Shown one piece after another: positions 21,667 through 32,668 of a stretch of 33,574 nucleotides of DNA. Numbering within the stretch: the stretch's first letter is position 1; each line of letters starts with the position of its first letter. Source of the stretch: Pedobacter schmidteae (lineage in GTDB: Bacteria; Bacteroidota; Bacteroidia; Sphingobacteriales; Sphingobacteriaceae); NCBI GenBank assembly GCA_945906015.1, contig CAMDQV010000001.1:1-33574 (forward strand), given 5' to 3'. The notes below the pieces were generated by a model. That model did not search any database. It was not told where the DNA came from and saw only the letters and a program-made list of their open reading frames with translations. Position numbers and translations under genes: made by a program.

Positions 21667-22086
21667 TTATTTAAATTCTCCTTCGGCAATCACAATTTTT
21701 TTCGGTGGTTCATTTGGCTCCATTAAGCCAAGAGTATCTACTTCTTTGGCAACTTCTGTTTGTGTACTTTTTAACATCAGATCGGCTTTTAATGTTTTAA
21801 AATCCCAGCTTAGCTCTTTGACTTCCTTCCCTAGTTTATCAATATCACGAATGTTATTCTCAGCAAGGTGGCGGTTACCGATATAGATCATCCCTAAAAA
21901 AGCAATGAAAATAATAAAGGGCAACATATCCGTAGCTGCCTCTTTCGATATCACACCTTCAGTAAACATCAGGGTAAAAAAATTCCGGGGAATTTCTGCC
22001 TTTTCAATTGCCTCTGGAATAACCTCATCGTCAACCTGAGATTCAATCTCCTCTTCTGTTTTACTGTTTCTAAATTGATTACCCAT
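21667..22086 (-). CDS. ftsL: FtsL-like cell division protein (Bacteroidota type)
   Basis: Between rsmH and ftsI; cytoplasmic N-terminus, one TM (LPFIIFIAFLGMIYI), coiled coil, terminal EPPKKI. Confidence 0.85.
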   Translation of the reverse strand: MGNQFRNSKTEEEIESQVDDEVIPEAIEKAEIPRNFFTLMFTEGVISKEAATDMLPFIIFIAFLGMIYIGNRHLAENNIRDIDKLGKEVKELSWDFKTLKADLMLKSTQTEVAKEVDTLGLMEPNEPPKKIVIAEGEFK

Positions 22087-22104
22087 ATATCAAGCCTAAA
22101 AAGC

Positions 22105-23007
22105 CTAATTCTTTTCCGCTATTCTAAGTTTTGCACTTCGTGCACGGTTGTTATGCTGAATTTCCTCTTCTGAGGCTACTATTGCCTTGCGGGTCAAACT
22201 TTCGAGAGGCTTGATCTGATTTCCGAAGAAATCTTTCTCAACTTCACCATGAAATTTACCCTTGGCAATAAAATTCTTGACCAGCCTGTCTTCTAATGAA
22301 TGATAGGACATTACTACTAGTCTGCCACCTGGTTTCAAAACATCTACAGATTGCTCTAAAAACTCTTTCAGAGCCTCTAATTCCTGATTAACTTCTATTC
22401 TAAGGGCCTGAAAAACCTGAGCGAGGTATTTATTTTCTTTTCCTTTCGGGATTAATTTTGCAATTACAAGCTTCAACTCGTCCACCGTATTGATCGGCTT
22501 ATTTAGTCGCTGAGTTACCAGAGTATTTGCCAATGTTTTAGCATTTTTAATCTCCCCATAAATTCCAAAAATTCGATGCAGTTGCTCTTCGCTGTAATTA
22601 TTGACAATCTGTTTAGCAGTAAGTGAACCAGCCTGATCCATACGCATATCCAGATCTGCCTCAAAGCGAATAGAGAACCCCCGTTCTGGCTGATCAAACT
22701 GATGTGATGACACTCCCAGATCAGCCAAAATACCATCTGCAGAAATGGCGCCCTGTAATCGGCAATTATTTTTGAGGTAGCGGAAGTTTTGATCAATAAA
22801 GGTCAATCGATCATCTTTTGGTAAATTCTTCTGTGCATCAGCATCCTGGTCAAATGCTAACAATCGGCCTTTAGAGCCTAAATATTTTAATATTTCGCGA
22901 GAATGGCCGCCACCCCCAAATGTTACGTCAATATATACGCCTTCAAGCTTAATGTTCAAGCCTTCCATGCATTCCTGCAACATCACGGGATTGTGGTAGT
23001 TAGTCAT
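22105..23007 (-). CDS. rsmH: 16S rRNA m4C1402 methyltransferase
   Basis: HNPVML, DVTFGGGGHS, ADLGVSSHQFD, FQALRIEVNQE, SYHSLEDR, RARSAKLR. Start moved to 23007 (MTNYHNPV), giving an 8-nt overlap with mraZ. Confidence 0.97.
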   Translation of the reverse strand: MTNYHNPVMLQECMEGLNIKLEGVYIDVTFGGGGHSREILKYLGSKGRLLAFDQDADAQKNLPKDDRLTFIDQNFRYLKNNCRLQGAISADGILADLGVSSHQFDQPERGFSIRFEADLDMRMDQAGSLTAKQIVNNYSEEQLHRIFGIYGEIKNAKTLANTLVTQRLNKPINTVDELKLVIAKLIPKGKENKYLAQVFQALRIEVNQELEALKEFLEQSVDVLKPGGRLVVMSYHSLEDRLVKNFIAKGKFHGEVEKDFFGNQIKPLESLTRKAIVASEEEIQHNNRARSAKLRIAEKN

Positions 23008-23467
23008 CTGACCCCCTTCTGCCTGCATTACCCATCACCTCTTCGGCAAGATTGGCAAAATTTTCAGGTTCACTATCCAGCTGACTATCGTAAGCATCTT
23101 TAGCCCAAACTTCAATTTTATTTAATACGCAAGAAAGAACTACCTCAGTATTAATGCCTGCATATTCCATTAATGCTTTAGGAAGAAGAATACGATTGGC
23201 AGAATCTAAGGAGAGCTCGGTAGCACCACGGGTAAAATAGCGGATAAAATCACGACTTTTCTTTTCGTAAGCATTTAATTTACTAAGCTCTCCTGTGATG
23301 GTATCCCATTCCTTTTTAGTGTAAATCACTAGGTGTTTCTCGAAGCCACGATTAATCACAAGCCCTTCACGCTCAGCTTCTGGAAGCTGCTTTTTCAGGC
23401 TAGATGGTACCATCATCCGGCCTTTAGCATCAAGTTTACAATCAAATTCTCCTAAGAAATGGGACAT
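23000..23467 (-). CDS. mraZ: Transcriptional regulator MraZ
   Basis: Two SpoVT/AbrB-like repeats (KLDAKGR, SLDSANRILLP), IEVW; first gene of dcw. Confidence 0.97.
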   Translation of the reverse strand: MSHFLGEFDCKLDAKGRMMVPSSLKKQLPEAEREGLVINRGFEKHLVIYTKKEWDTITGELSKLNAYEKKSRDFIRYFTRGATELSLDSANRILLPKALMEYAGINTEVVLSCVLNKIEVWAKDAYDSQLDSEPENFANLAEEVMGNAGRRGSDD

Positions 23468-23495
23468 TATCAGTTATTGTTCTTTATTTCAATTG

Positions 23496-23553
23496 TAAAA
23501 GTAAATAACTTACCACTTTTTACCACTATCTCCCACAAAAAAAGTTTTCCACA
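23496..23553 (-). promoter_or_regulatory. dcw promoter with MraZ operator and adjacent DnaA-box match
   Basis: Minus strand GTGG-gagata-GTGG-taaaaa-GTGG (CCAC at 23513, 23523, 23533; 10-nt period); -7 variant TACTTTTA at 23496-23503; TTTTCCACA at 23545-23553. Confidence 0.8.
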
Positions 23554-23846
23554 GTTTTTGGATGTCATTTTCTTCTAAAAACTAATTCTCAGAGGCTTAA
23601 AACAATCCGGGGTTTGTTAAATAAATTAGTAGGAAACGCCTATGCATGACAGAAGCAAATTAAATATGCTTGCAAAGCCTGAATTAAAAGGGTTATTTTA
23701 CCGATGGTTTCGATTTTAATCTATAAACTCTTTCGGTTAGACCATTGAAATCAATTGTATACAATTTCGCAACAAACTCTTTTTTTATTCTCGTGTATTG
23801 AAAAGCAAAACCAATAATAGAAAATCTAAACTAAAATTATAAAGAG

Positions 23847-24305
23847 ATGAACAAGAACCTATTTATTATAGTCCTTTTAATAATCAATTTAAAATCATTT
23901 GCTCAAGAAAAAAAACAGCAGGATAAAAAGGAAATACTACAAAAAGTACAGCAGTTCTTTGATGCACTTGAAACACAGGACACCGTTTTATATAAATCTA
24001 TACTATTAAAAGATGGTCAAACTTGGGCAATCTCAGAGAAAGATGGCACTGTAAAATATTCCATGCGTCAATTCAGTGACCGATTAAAAACATTGATCAA
24101 CCCTAATTCTATAATTCAAGAAAAAACGCTTAGTTCTAAGGTTATGATCCATAAACAAATAGCGATGGCATGGGTGCCCTATACACTAGATATCAGTGGC
24201 AAGTTTAGCCATACCGGTGTGGATGTTTTTACTTTATTAAAAACAAATGAAGGATGGAAAATATCAACACTTGCCTATACTAGGGATTATGGCTCAAGGC
24301 CGTAA
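23847..24305 (+). CDS. Secreted NTF2/SnoaL-like fold protein
   Basis: Signal peptide ending SFA-Q; VQQFFDALETQD, IAMAWVPY, SHTGVDVFTLLKTNEGWKI typical of NTF2-like proteins. Confidence 0.75.
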   Translation: MNKNLFIIVLLIINLKSFAQEKKQQDKKEILQKVQQFFDALETQDTVLYKSILLKDGQTWAISEKDGTVKYSMRQFSDRLKTLINPNSIIQEKTLSSKVMIHKQIAMAWVPYTLDISGKFSHTGVDVFTLLKTNEGWKISTLAYTRDYGSRP

Positions 24306-24331
24306 TGATGATTAGTATTTTAAAATCATCA
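24306..24331. terminator. Weak hairpin right after the NTF2-like gene stop
   Basis: TGATGATT...AATCATCA 8-bp inverted repeat; AT-rich and without a clear U tract. Confidence 0.3.
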
Positions 24332-24345
24332 GCCTATCTTCGAAG

Positions 24346-24387
24346 CTCAGACCTCATACTTCAATCCTCAGACCTCCTACCTCAGAC
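24346..24387. repeat. Degenerate heptamer array between convergent NTF2-like gene and pgk
   Basis: CTCAGAC CTCATAC TTCAATC CTCAGAC CTCCTAC CTCAGAC in register. Confidence 0.85.
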
Positions 24388-24421
24388 AACAAACCTTACT
24401 CTTTTATCTGCTTCAGGGTCA

Positions 24422-25627
24422 TTAAAGACTTGATTCGGAACCATAAATAGCCTTCACGCCAGGCAATTCCTTACCTTCCATATATTCCAATAAAGCTCCA
24501 CCACCGGTAGAAACATAGCTTACCTGGTTTTCAAAACCGAATTTTGAAACAGCTGCTGCTGAATCACCACCACCTATCAAAGAAAATGCACCGTTTTTTG
24601 TAGCTTCAACTACCGCAACTGCAACTGCCTTTGTGCCTACTTCAAATTTCTCCATTTCAAATACGCCCATCGGGCCGTTCCAAAGTATCGTGTTAGAGTT
24701 TTTAATCACATCACTAAAAAGTTTAGCCGTCTCCGTACCGATATCTAGTCCCATCCAGTTGGATGGTATAGTTCCGGCTTTAACAACCGCAGTTTTAGCA
24801 TCTGCAGAGAATGCATCTGCAATTACCGTATCTACCGGTAAAATCAGATTTACTTTTTTCTGTTTTGCTTTTTCCATTAATTCAAGGGCAAGAGCCATTT
24901 TATCGTCCTCACAAATTGATGTACCGATCTGCCCACCCTGAGCTTTTGCGAAGGTATAAGCCATACCCCCTCCAATAATCAGATTATCAACCTTATCTAA
25001 TAATTTTTCAATTAAAAGAATTTTATCTGAAACTTTAGCTCCACCCATAATGGCTGTGAAAGGCCTCTCTGCATGATTCAAAATCTTCTCTGCATTTGCT
25101 AGTTCGCCAGCCATCAGGTATCCAAAATATTTTGCATCAGGGAAGAATTTAGCAATAATTGCAGTTGAAGCATGTGCACGATGTGCTGTTCCAAAGGCAT
25201 CATTCACATAAACATCACCCAGCTGAGCCAATTTTTTGGCAAAAGCCTCATCACCCTTCTCTTCTTCCTTATAAAAACGCAGGTTTTCGAGAAGCAAAAC
25301 TTCGCCCGGTTTTAATGCCTTTGCCTTTAAGATTGCATCTTCTCCAATACAATCAGATGCAAAATGAATATCACTGTTCAATAAACCTGCAAGATGTTTA
25401 ACAATATGACGAAGGGAATATTTATCATCGGGGCCATCTTTCGGTCTACCCAAATGCGACATTAATATAACTGACCCACCATCCTTCAAAATCTTCTTTA
25501 TAGTTGGTACAGCACCAACCATACGGTTATCATCAGTAATACTGAACTGATCATCAAGGGGAACGTTAAAATCGACTCTTATTAATGCCTTTTTTTCTGA
25601 AAAATTTATTAAATCTATTGTATGCAT
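24422..25627 (-). CDS. pgk: Phosphoglycerate kinase
   Basis: [47 protein letters not shown]. Start placed at ATG 25627 (MHTID) rather than GTG 25654. Confidence 0.98.
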   Translation of the reverse strand: MHTIDLINFSEKKALIRVDFNVPLDDQFSITDDNRMVGAVPTIKKILKDGGSVILMSHLGRPKDGPDDKYSLRHIVKHLAGLLNSDIHFASDCIGEDAILKAKALKPGEVLLLENLRFYKEEEKGDEAFAKKLAQLGDVYVNDAFGTAHRAHASTAIIAKFFPDAKYFGYLMAGELANAEKILNHAERPFTAIMGGAKVSDKILLIEKLLDKVDNLIIGGGMAYTFAKAQGGQIGTSICEDDKMALALELMEKAKQKKVNLILPVDTVIADAFSADAKTAVVKAGTIPSNWMGLDIGTETAKLFSDVIKNSNTILWNGPMGVFEMEKFEVGTKAVAVAVVEATKNGAFSLIGGGDSAAAVSKFGFENQVSYVSTGGGALLEYMEGKELPGVKAIYGSESSL

Positions 25628-25660
25628 ATCATTATGTTTTAAGCGAATGAGCACTGTTTT

Positions 25661-26092
25661 TTATTGAATTTTTAAATACATCGCCTTATGCAGACCAATG
25701 CCTGGTATATCAAATTCTTCTGAAATAAATTCAAAACCCAACCCAGTATAAAATCGAAAAGCAAGCTTCCGGGCATTACACCATACGTAGTTTGCTTTTT
25801 GTCCGCGAAGATAAACGATTGAGAAATTGACCAGCTGATTCCCAATCCCGGTACCCTGATAGTCAGCAATAGTAGCCATACCCCTCAGCTGATATCCAGT
25901 TTCATTAAAACCTTCTCTGCCCTGTTGATGAAAACTGGCAATACAAACCAGAATGTCGTCCTTAAAATAACCCAGATGAAAAGATAATTCATCCTCATCT
26001 CCTTCAAAACGGCATAATTCGGGATCTAATCCTTCTCGTAAAGTGGAACTTCTCAAGGTAAGTGTATCTTCTGCACTTATAAATTTGATCAT
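25661..26092 (-). CDS. GNAT family N-acetyltransferase
   Basis: QLRGMAT...YQGTGIG acetyl-CoA motif A, WCNAR, FYTGLGF. Confidence 0.9.
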   Translation of the reverse strand: MIKFISAEDTLTLRSSTLREGLDPELCRFEGDEDELSFHLGYFKDDILVCIASFHQQGREGFNETGYQLRGMATIADYQGTGIGNQLVNFSIVYLRGQKANYVWCNARKLAFRFYTGLGFEFISEEFDIPGIGLHKAMYLKIQ

Positions 26093-27099
26093 GTTATGGC
26101 ATCTTTCCTGAAAAGGGCGATTTTTACAACCAGGTCGGCAATACGGTTTGAATACCCTGACTCGTTATCGTACCACCCAACTACTTTAACCAACTCGCCA
26201 ACTACCGAGGTCAATTCAGAATCAAAAACACAAGAATGAGGGTTATCAATAATATCTACAGAAACAATTGGATCAGCTGTATATTCCAAAATGCCATTCA
26301 GATAACCTTCAGAAGCTATTTTAAATGCTTGGTTGATTGATTCCATACTTGGACGAGTTTTTAGGGTACAGGTAAAATCTGTTAATGAGCCATTTAGTAC
26401 CGGAACCCGAATTCCGGCACCACCCAACTTCCCATCCAAATGAGGAAATATGGTTGTTATTGCTTTTGCCGCACCAGTTGTTGTAGGTATAATTGATGCC
26501 GAAGCTGCTCTTGCACGTCGAAAATCCTTATGGGGGGCATCATGTAAATTTTGATCTCCAGTCATTGAATGTACCGTGGTAATATATCCATCAATAATGC
26601 CCCAATTATCATCAAGCACCTTAACCATGGGTGCAACATTATTGGTAGTACATGAGGCATTTGAAAGTATAGGAGAAAGCAGATCTACCAGATGATCATT
26701 AACACCAATTACAACTGTCGGCACATCTTTATCAGTCGAAGGCGCTGAAATGATCACCTGTTTAGCCCCAGCCTTTAAATGTAGGCTTGCCTTTTGAATG
26801 CTTGTAAATTTACCAGTAGATTCAATGACCAAGTCTATACCCAGTTCTTTCCAAGGTAGTAAGGAAGGATCTTTTTCTGCAAACACCTGAATTGGCTTGC
26901 CATTAACTACCAGATGGGTAGAATCTGCTAGTACTGTTCCGTCAAAACCACCATGCACAGAATCATATTTTAACAGATGGGCAAGGGTTCTAGTATCCGA
27001 AAGGTCATTAATGGCTAATACCTCAATATCAGCTTTCTTGAGCAGAGCTCTAAGGGTAATTCTCCCGATGCGACCAAAACCATTAATAGCTATTTTCAT
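26089..27099 (-). CDS. gap: Type I glyceraldehyde-3-phosphate dehydrogenase
   Basis: INGFGRIGR, LLKYDSVHG, ESTGKF, SNASCTTN, TGAAKA, RVP, WYDNE. Start placed at ATG 27099 (MKIAING). Confidence 0.95.
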   Translation of the reverse strand: MKIAINGFGRIGRITLRALLKKADIEVLAINDLSDTRTLAHLLKYDSVHGGFDGTVLADSTHLVVNGKPIQVFAEKDPSLLPWKELGIDLVIESTGKFTSIQKASLHLKAGAKQVIISAPSTDKDVPTVVIGVNDHLVDLLSPILSNASCTTNNVAPMVKVLDDNWGIIDGYITTVHSMTGDQNLHDAPHKDFRRARAASASIIPTTTGAAKAITTIFPHLDGKLGGAGIRVPVLNGSLTDFTCTLKTRPSMESINQAFKIASEGYLNGILEYTADPIVSVDIIDNPHSCVFDSELTSVVGELVKVVGWYDNESGYSNRIADLVVKIALFRKDAIT

Positions 27100-27118
27100 G
27101 TTCAACTCAATAATAGCC

Positions 27119-27126
27119 CAAAGTTA
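27119..27126 (-). promoter_or_regulatory. -7 element for gap-GNAT-pgk
   Basis: TAACTTTG matches TAnnTTTG, 19 nt upstream of ATG 27099. Confidence 0.55.
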
Positions 27127-27331
27127 TTCAATTGGATGAAAAAAAAGCCCTAAAAAGAACTATAGGAACTAATAATTTTAAATTTCTTATTCAGAATTGC
27201 TTAGCTGATGAATATTAGCTAAAATTTATTGGAAATTAAACAGATCTGCCCAAATAGTGTTTAAGAACTTACCAAGAAGACATATTAAAAAAATAGTAAA
27301 TCTTTAGCCAAAGATTAAGAACAAATTAAAA

Positions 27332-28348
27332 TCAGGATACTATTGGAGTACTATGTTCATTAATAACCTTCCAAAGCATATCCTTAAGTTCAACTAATCC
27401 TTTTTGGGCCACTGATGAAATAAAAATAGTTGGGATAGCTGGTAATTCCTTATTCATTTCATCCATAAGCTCATCATCAAGCATATCAGATTTACTAACA
27501 GCCAATATTCTAGGCTTTTGCATTAGTTCAGGGTTATATTGTTCTAATTCATTCAGCAAAATTTCATATTCCTCTGTGATACTACGGTTTGTATCAGCCG
27601 GAACCATAAACAATAGCACCGAATTGCGTTCAATATGTCTTAGGAAACGAATTCCAAGACCCTTGCCTTTTGAAGCCCCCTCAATAATCCCAGGAATATC
27701 AGCCATTACAAAAGATCGATTATCACGATAGGAAACGATTCCTAAATTTGGAACCAGGGTAGTGAATGCATAATCAGCGATTTCTGGTTTTGCTGCAGAA
27801 AGAACTGAAAGAAGAGTTGACTTACCAGCATTTGGGAATCCTACCAAACCAACATCGGCAAGGATCTTTAATTCCAGAACCATCCATTCCTCTCTTCCTG
27901 GCTCTCCGGGTTGCGAATATCTTGGGGTTTGCTTGGTTGATGTTTTAAAATGCCAGTTGCCAAGCCCGCCTCGACCGCCCGGTGTCAGAATTTTGGTTTC
28001 TCCATCTTTGGTGATCTCAAATATAATCTCACCAGTTTCAGCATTTCGGGCGATAGTTCCCAAAGGAACTTCAAGAATCTCATCAATTCCTGTTCTGCCA
28101 GATTTCTGCCCGCTAGATCCAGGAAATCCATTCTCGGCAATTATATGTTTTCGGTATTTCAGGTGCAATAATGTCCAGAGCTGGCTGCTTCCTTGTACAA
28201 TAATATGTCCGCCGCGTCCACCATCACCTCCATCAGGACCTCCTTTTGAAGTTAGAATGTCACGATGCAGATGTGAAGACCCTGCTCCACCATGGCCTGA
28301 ACGGCAACATATTTTAACGTAATCAACAAAATTTGAGCTCTGAGACAT
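27332..28348 (-). CDS. obgE: GTPase ObgE/CgtA
   Basis: FVDYVKI, glycine-rich Obg fold ([12 protein letters not shown]), [19 protein letters not shown]. Confidence 0.98.
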   Translation of the reverse strand: MSQSSNFVDYVKICCRSGHGGAGSSHLHRDILTSKGGPDGGDGGRGGHIIVQGSSQLWTLLHLKYRKHIIAENGFPGSSGQKSGRTGIDEILEVPLGTIARNAETGEIIFEITKDGETKILTPGGRGGLGNWHFKTSTKQTPRYSQPGEPGREEWMVLELKILADVGLVGFPNAGKSTLLSVLSAAKPEIADYAFTTLVPNLGIVSYRDNRSFVMADIPGIIEGASKGKGLGIRFLRHIERNSVLLFMVPADTNRSITEEYEILLNELEQYNPELMQKPRILAVSKSDMLDDELMDEMNKELPAIPTIFISSVAQKGLVELKDMLWKVINEHSTPIVS

Positions 28349-28427
28349 AATTTAATTTTACAGAGAACAAATTCTGGGCAGGAATCTTATTGATCTCAAA
28401 AGATAAAATTGCTGAATTACACCGCAA

Positions 28428-29000
28428 TTAAAAGGTATCAACAACGGTAGAAATAGACTCGAATATTTCATCAACTGTGCCTATTCCGTTAATGCTTGTA
28501 AATTTATTCTGGTCTTTATAATAATTTGCTACCGGAGCTGTTTTAGAATTATATTCAACAATTCGTTTTCGAATAACCTCTGGATTTGCATCATCTGGTC
28601 GTCCAGAAGCTTTTCCTCTGTTCAATAAACGTTTTTCTAACTCCTGATCATTAACAACTAGGGCAATCATGCCCGAAATAGAAGAAGATTTAGAAATTAA
28701 TAACCTATCCAATGCCTCAGCCTGAGCTACAGTGCGCGGAAAGCCATCAAAAATAAAACCATTTGCGTCTTTATTGGAATCCAGCTTATTACTGATCATA
28801 CCAATCACCACTTCATCAGGCACCAATAAACCCTCATCCATAAGCTTTTTGGCTTCAAGACCAAGTTCAGTTCCCATTGAAATTTCAGACCTAAGAATGT
28901 CACCGGTAGATAGATGAATAAGTTTAAACTTATTAATCAACTTTTCGGATTGTGTTCCTTTACCAGCTCCCGGAGGGCCAAACAATACTAAGTTCAGCAT
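28428..29000 (-). CDS. adk: Adenylate kinase (short LID type)
   Basis: GPPGAGKGTQ, HLSTGDILR, FIFDGFPRT, RGKASGRPDD. Confidence 0.97.
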   Translation of the reverse strand: MLNLVLFGPPGAGKGTQSEKLINKFKLIHLSTGDILRSEISMGTELGLEAKKLMDEGLLVPDEVVIGMISNKLDSNKDANGFIFDGFPRTVAQAEALDRLLISKSSSISGMIALVVNDQELEKRLLNRGKASGRPDDANPEVIRKRIVEYNSKTAPVANYYKDQNKFTSINGIGTVDEIFESISTVVDTF

Positions 29001-29062
29001 TCGATATCTAATTAATTCTGTTGGGTCAATACAATAGGTTGATGACAGAATGGTTTAATGTA

Positions 29063-29103
29063 AAAATAAAAACCTTTCCGCAACATGGTGGAAAAGGCTT
29101 TTA
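29063..29103 (-). terminator. Probable terminator after tRNA-Arg
   Basis: Minus strand GCCTTTTCCAC-catgtt-GCGGAAAGGT then TTTTATTTT; imperfect stem. Confidence 0.55.
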
Positions 29104-29108
29104 ATATG

Positions 29109-29182
29109 TGCACCTGAAGGGAGTCGAACCCCTAACCTCCTGATCCGTAGTCAGGTGCTCTATCCAATTAAGCTACAGGTGC
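29109..29182 (-). tRNA. tRNA-Arg(ACG), CCA not encoded
   Basis: GCACCTG/CAGGTGC acceptor stem, TAGCTTAATTGGATAGAGC D arm, CCTGA-CTACGGA-TCAGG anticodon arm, GGTTCGACTCC T arm. Confidence 0.97.
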
Positions 29183-29197
29183 CTTTTTAACGAACTG

Positions 29198-29205
29198 CAA
29201 AAATA
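29198..29205 (-). promoter_or_regulatory. -7 element for tRNA-Arg
   Basis: TATTTTTG, 15 nt upstream of the tRNA 5' end. Confidence 0.65.
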
Positions 29206-29283
29206 TGCTTTCTTTTTAAACTAGCATAGTTTTTTTGAAAATTCTCGCAATCCCTTAAAAATCAAGACTCAATAAGCTCTGAA

Positions 29284-29745
29284 CTAATTAAGTGCTTCGC
29301 GAATAGCATTGAAATCAGGAAGATCGCCTGCTGATTCCAAAACCTCTGCATAAACAACCTGATGATTTTCATCCAATACAAATGCAGCTCTTTTAGAAAC
29401 ACCTTTCAAATTAAACACAAACTCATCATAAAATGCTCCATATGCTTGAGATGTTTCCTTGTTAAAATCCGATAAAAGCAGGAACTGGTAATTATTATCT
29501 TCCTTAAATTTAGCCTGAGTAAATGGAGAGTCAACAGAAATTGCCAAAACCTCGGCTCCTAAACCGTCATAATACCCAAAGGTATCACGCATAGTGCATA
29601 ACTGCGTGGTACATACTCCTGTGAAGGCCATTGGAAAGAAATGAATCACAACTTTTTTGCCTGCATAATCTTTTAATGAAATTTCCTTTAAATCAGAACT
29701 GAATAAAGTGAAATTGGGTGCTTGTTGTCCTTTTGATAATGTCAT
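29284..29745 (-). CDS. Peroxiredoxin (AhpC/TSA family, AhpE/BCP-like)
   Basis: PMAFTGVC (PxxxTxxC) with second Cys five residues later, AISVDS, LLSDF, KRAAFVLD. Confidence 0.9.
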   Translation of the reverse strand: MTLSKGQQAPNFTLFSSDLKEISLKDYAGKKVVIHFFPMAFTGVCTTQLCTMRDTFGYYDGLGAEVLAISVDSPFTQAKFKEDNNYQFLLLSDFNKETSQAYGAFYDEFVFNLKGVSKRAAFVLDENHQVVYAEVLESAGDLPDFNAIREALN

Positions 29746-29834
29746 AAAATTTATTTTTTTCTAAGGTAATATTTTTACTGAATCAACATGTAATTAATAG
29801 TTTATCCTTACAATTTAAGGACACAATTTAGAAA

Positions 29835-30743
29835 TCAGGATAAGGATTTAAGCTGTTTATCCATAAATGCCATTCCTTCCTCAAATGAATGAGGCGAATA
29901 ACCCAATTCTACAATCGCTTTATCAAGAATAAATCCGGTCTTTTTTGGTCTTTTCGCTGCCTGATTTAAACTTTCTGCAGATATGGCTTTGATCAATGAT
30001 TTGTTTAGTCTGTAATGGTCAGCTACTCGTTCAACGATCTCCAAAATACTCATCAAATCCTTACCAGAAACATTAAATACTCCTGAAGCATTCTTCTTTA
30101 CGGCAAGCAGGCAGCATGCAGCAAGGTCTTCGGCCAAAGTAGGCATTCTCCACTGGTCATTTACAACATTAATTGGCTCACCTTTTTCGAGTGCCCCTTT
30201 TGCCCATAAAACAATATTGCTTCGGCTCATATCATTTACAATTCCATAAACTATGATTGTCCGTAAAATAGCCCAATGGCAGGAAGAATTTTTCAAAATA
30301 AGTTCAGATTCAAGCTTCGTTTCACCATAATAACTTAAGGGATTAGGCTCTGCTTCTTCAGTATATGGTCCATCTTCACCGTCAAAAATAAAATCTGTTG
30401 ACAAATGAATCAATTGAATATCCCTTCTTTGACAAACATCAACAAGGTTTTTTACTGACTGTACATTAAGTGCATAGCATTTGGTTCTTTCTGCTTCGCA
30501 TGCATCTACATTAGTCATTGCAGCTGTATGAATTATTGAATCTGGCTGATACCTCGCAACTAGTTCATTCAATCGATCCAGATCAAGAACATCCAGCTCT
30601 TCATACCTATATCCGTCTTTTAAATTATGCCTGTTTGGTCCGACAGAAGTAGCAATCAATTCAATTTCAGAGTCTTGGATAGAAAGGTCAGTCACTTTCT
30701 GTCCGAGCAGTCCATTGCTACCAGTAACAATAATTTTTTTCAT
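29835..30743 (-). CDS. RmlD-like SDR (dTDP-4-dehydrorhamnose reductase family)
   Basis: TGSNGLLG, HTAAMTNVDACE, HLSTDFIFDG, YYGETK (YxxxK), VNDQWRMPT. Confidence 0.88.
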   Translation of the reverse strand: MKKIIVTGSNGLLGQKVTDLSIQDSEIELIATSVGPNRHNLKDGYRYEELDVLDLDRLNELVARYQPDSIIHTAAMTNVDACEAERTKCYALNVQSVKNLVDVCQRRDIQLIHLSTDFIFDGEDGPYTEEAEPNPLSYYGETKLESELILKNSSCHWAILRTIIVYGIVNDMSRSNIVLWAKGALEKGEPINVVNDQWRMPTLAEDLAACCLLAVKKNASGVFNVSGKDLMSILEIVERVADHYRLNKSLIKAISAESLNQAAKRPKKTGFILDKAIVELGYSPHSFEEGMAFMDKQLKSLS

Positions 30744-31013
30744 CTTCCAAATAAACTAGATTTTAGGTTAAGAATATAATTTTTTTAGCAAAGACTGTCA
30801 TTTTTAACAATTCAAAGAATGAAGAACGAATGATATCACTATCATTTTTTAAATTCAAGATAATTCACAATGGCTTTACTGAGTTTTCAAGACTAATTAC
30901 CTGTCAATAACTTATTCCATCCAAAAAATAAATCAATACCTCAAAAAAAAACACATTCTTTTAGCAGTCCAAAAATATAGTGTAAATATTGATTAAAAAA
31001 CTTTTATTAGGTA

Positions 31014-31043
31014 TTTGATTTACGGGGATAAAGAGTATTTTTG
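31014..31043 (+). promoter_or_regulatory. -33/-7 promoter for atpDC
   Basis: TTTG (31014-31017), 18-nt spacer, TATTTTTG (31036-31043). Confidence 0.65.
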
Positions 31044-31092
31044 CAAATCAAAAAAGGCCTCTTAAAATGGGCTTAAATTGTTGATTTAATAA

Positions 31093-32616
<1,524 letters not shown>

Positions 32617-32665
32617 GAGATATTAGATGTGAGACAATCTCATATCTCATATCTCACATCTAAAA
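32617..32665. repeat. Heptamer repeats arranged as an inverted pair in the atpD-atpC spacer
   Basis: GAGATAT TAGATGT GAGACAA then TCTCATA TCTCATA TCTCACA TCTAAAA; TTAGATGTGAGA (32623-32634) is the exact reverse complement of TCTCACATCTAA (32652-32663). Confidence 0.85.
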
Positions 32666-32668
32666 AAT

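Noticed and set aside
7578-23467. Absence of murF, murB and ddl from the dcw cluster
   Set aside because: Normal for Bacteroidota; junctions are tight with no remnants.
29001-29283. tRNA-Arg as integration site
   Set aside because: No integrase, no duplicated tRNA 3' end seen, and both neighbours are housekeeping genes.
29835-30743. RmlD-like gene as part of a polysaccharide locus
   Set aside because: No rmlABC or glycosyltransferase genes adjacent; a standalone homologue.
30829-30846. AATGATA-tcac-TATCATT as a Fur box
   Set aside because: One base short of 7-1-7 spacing, and no iron-related gene adjacent.
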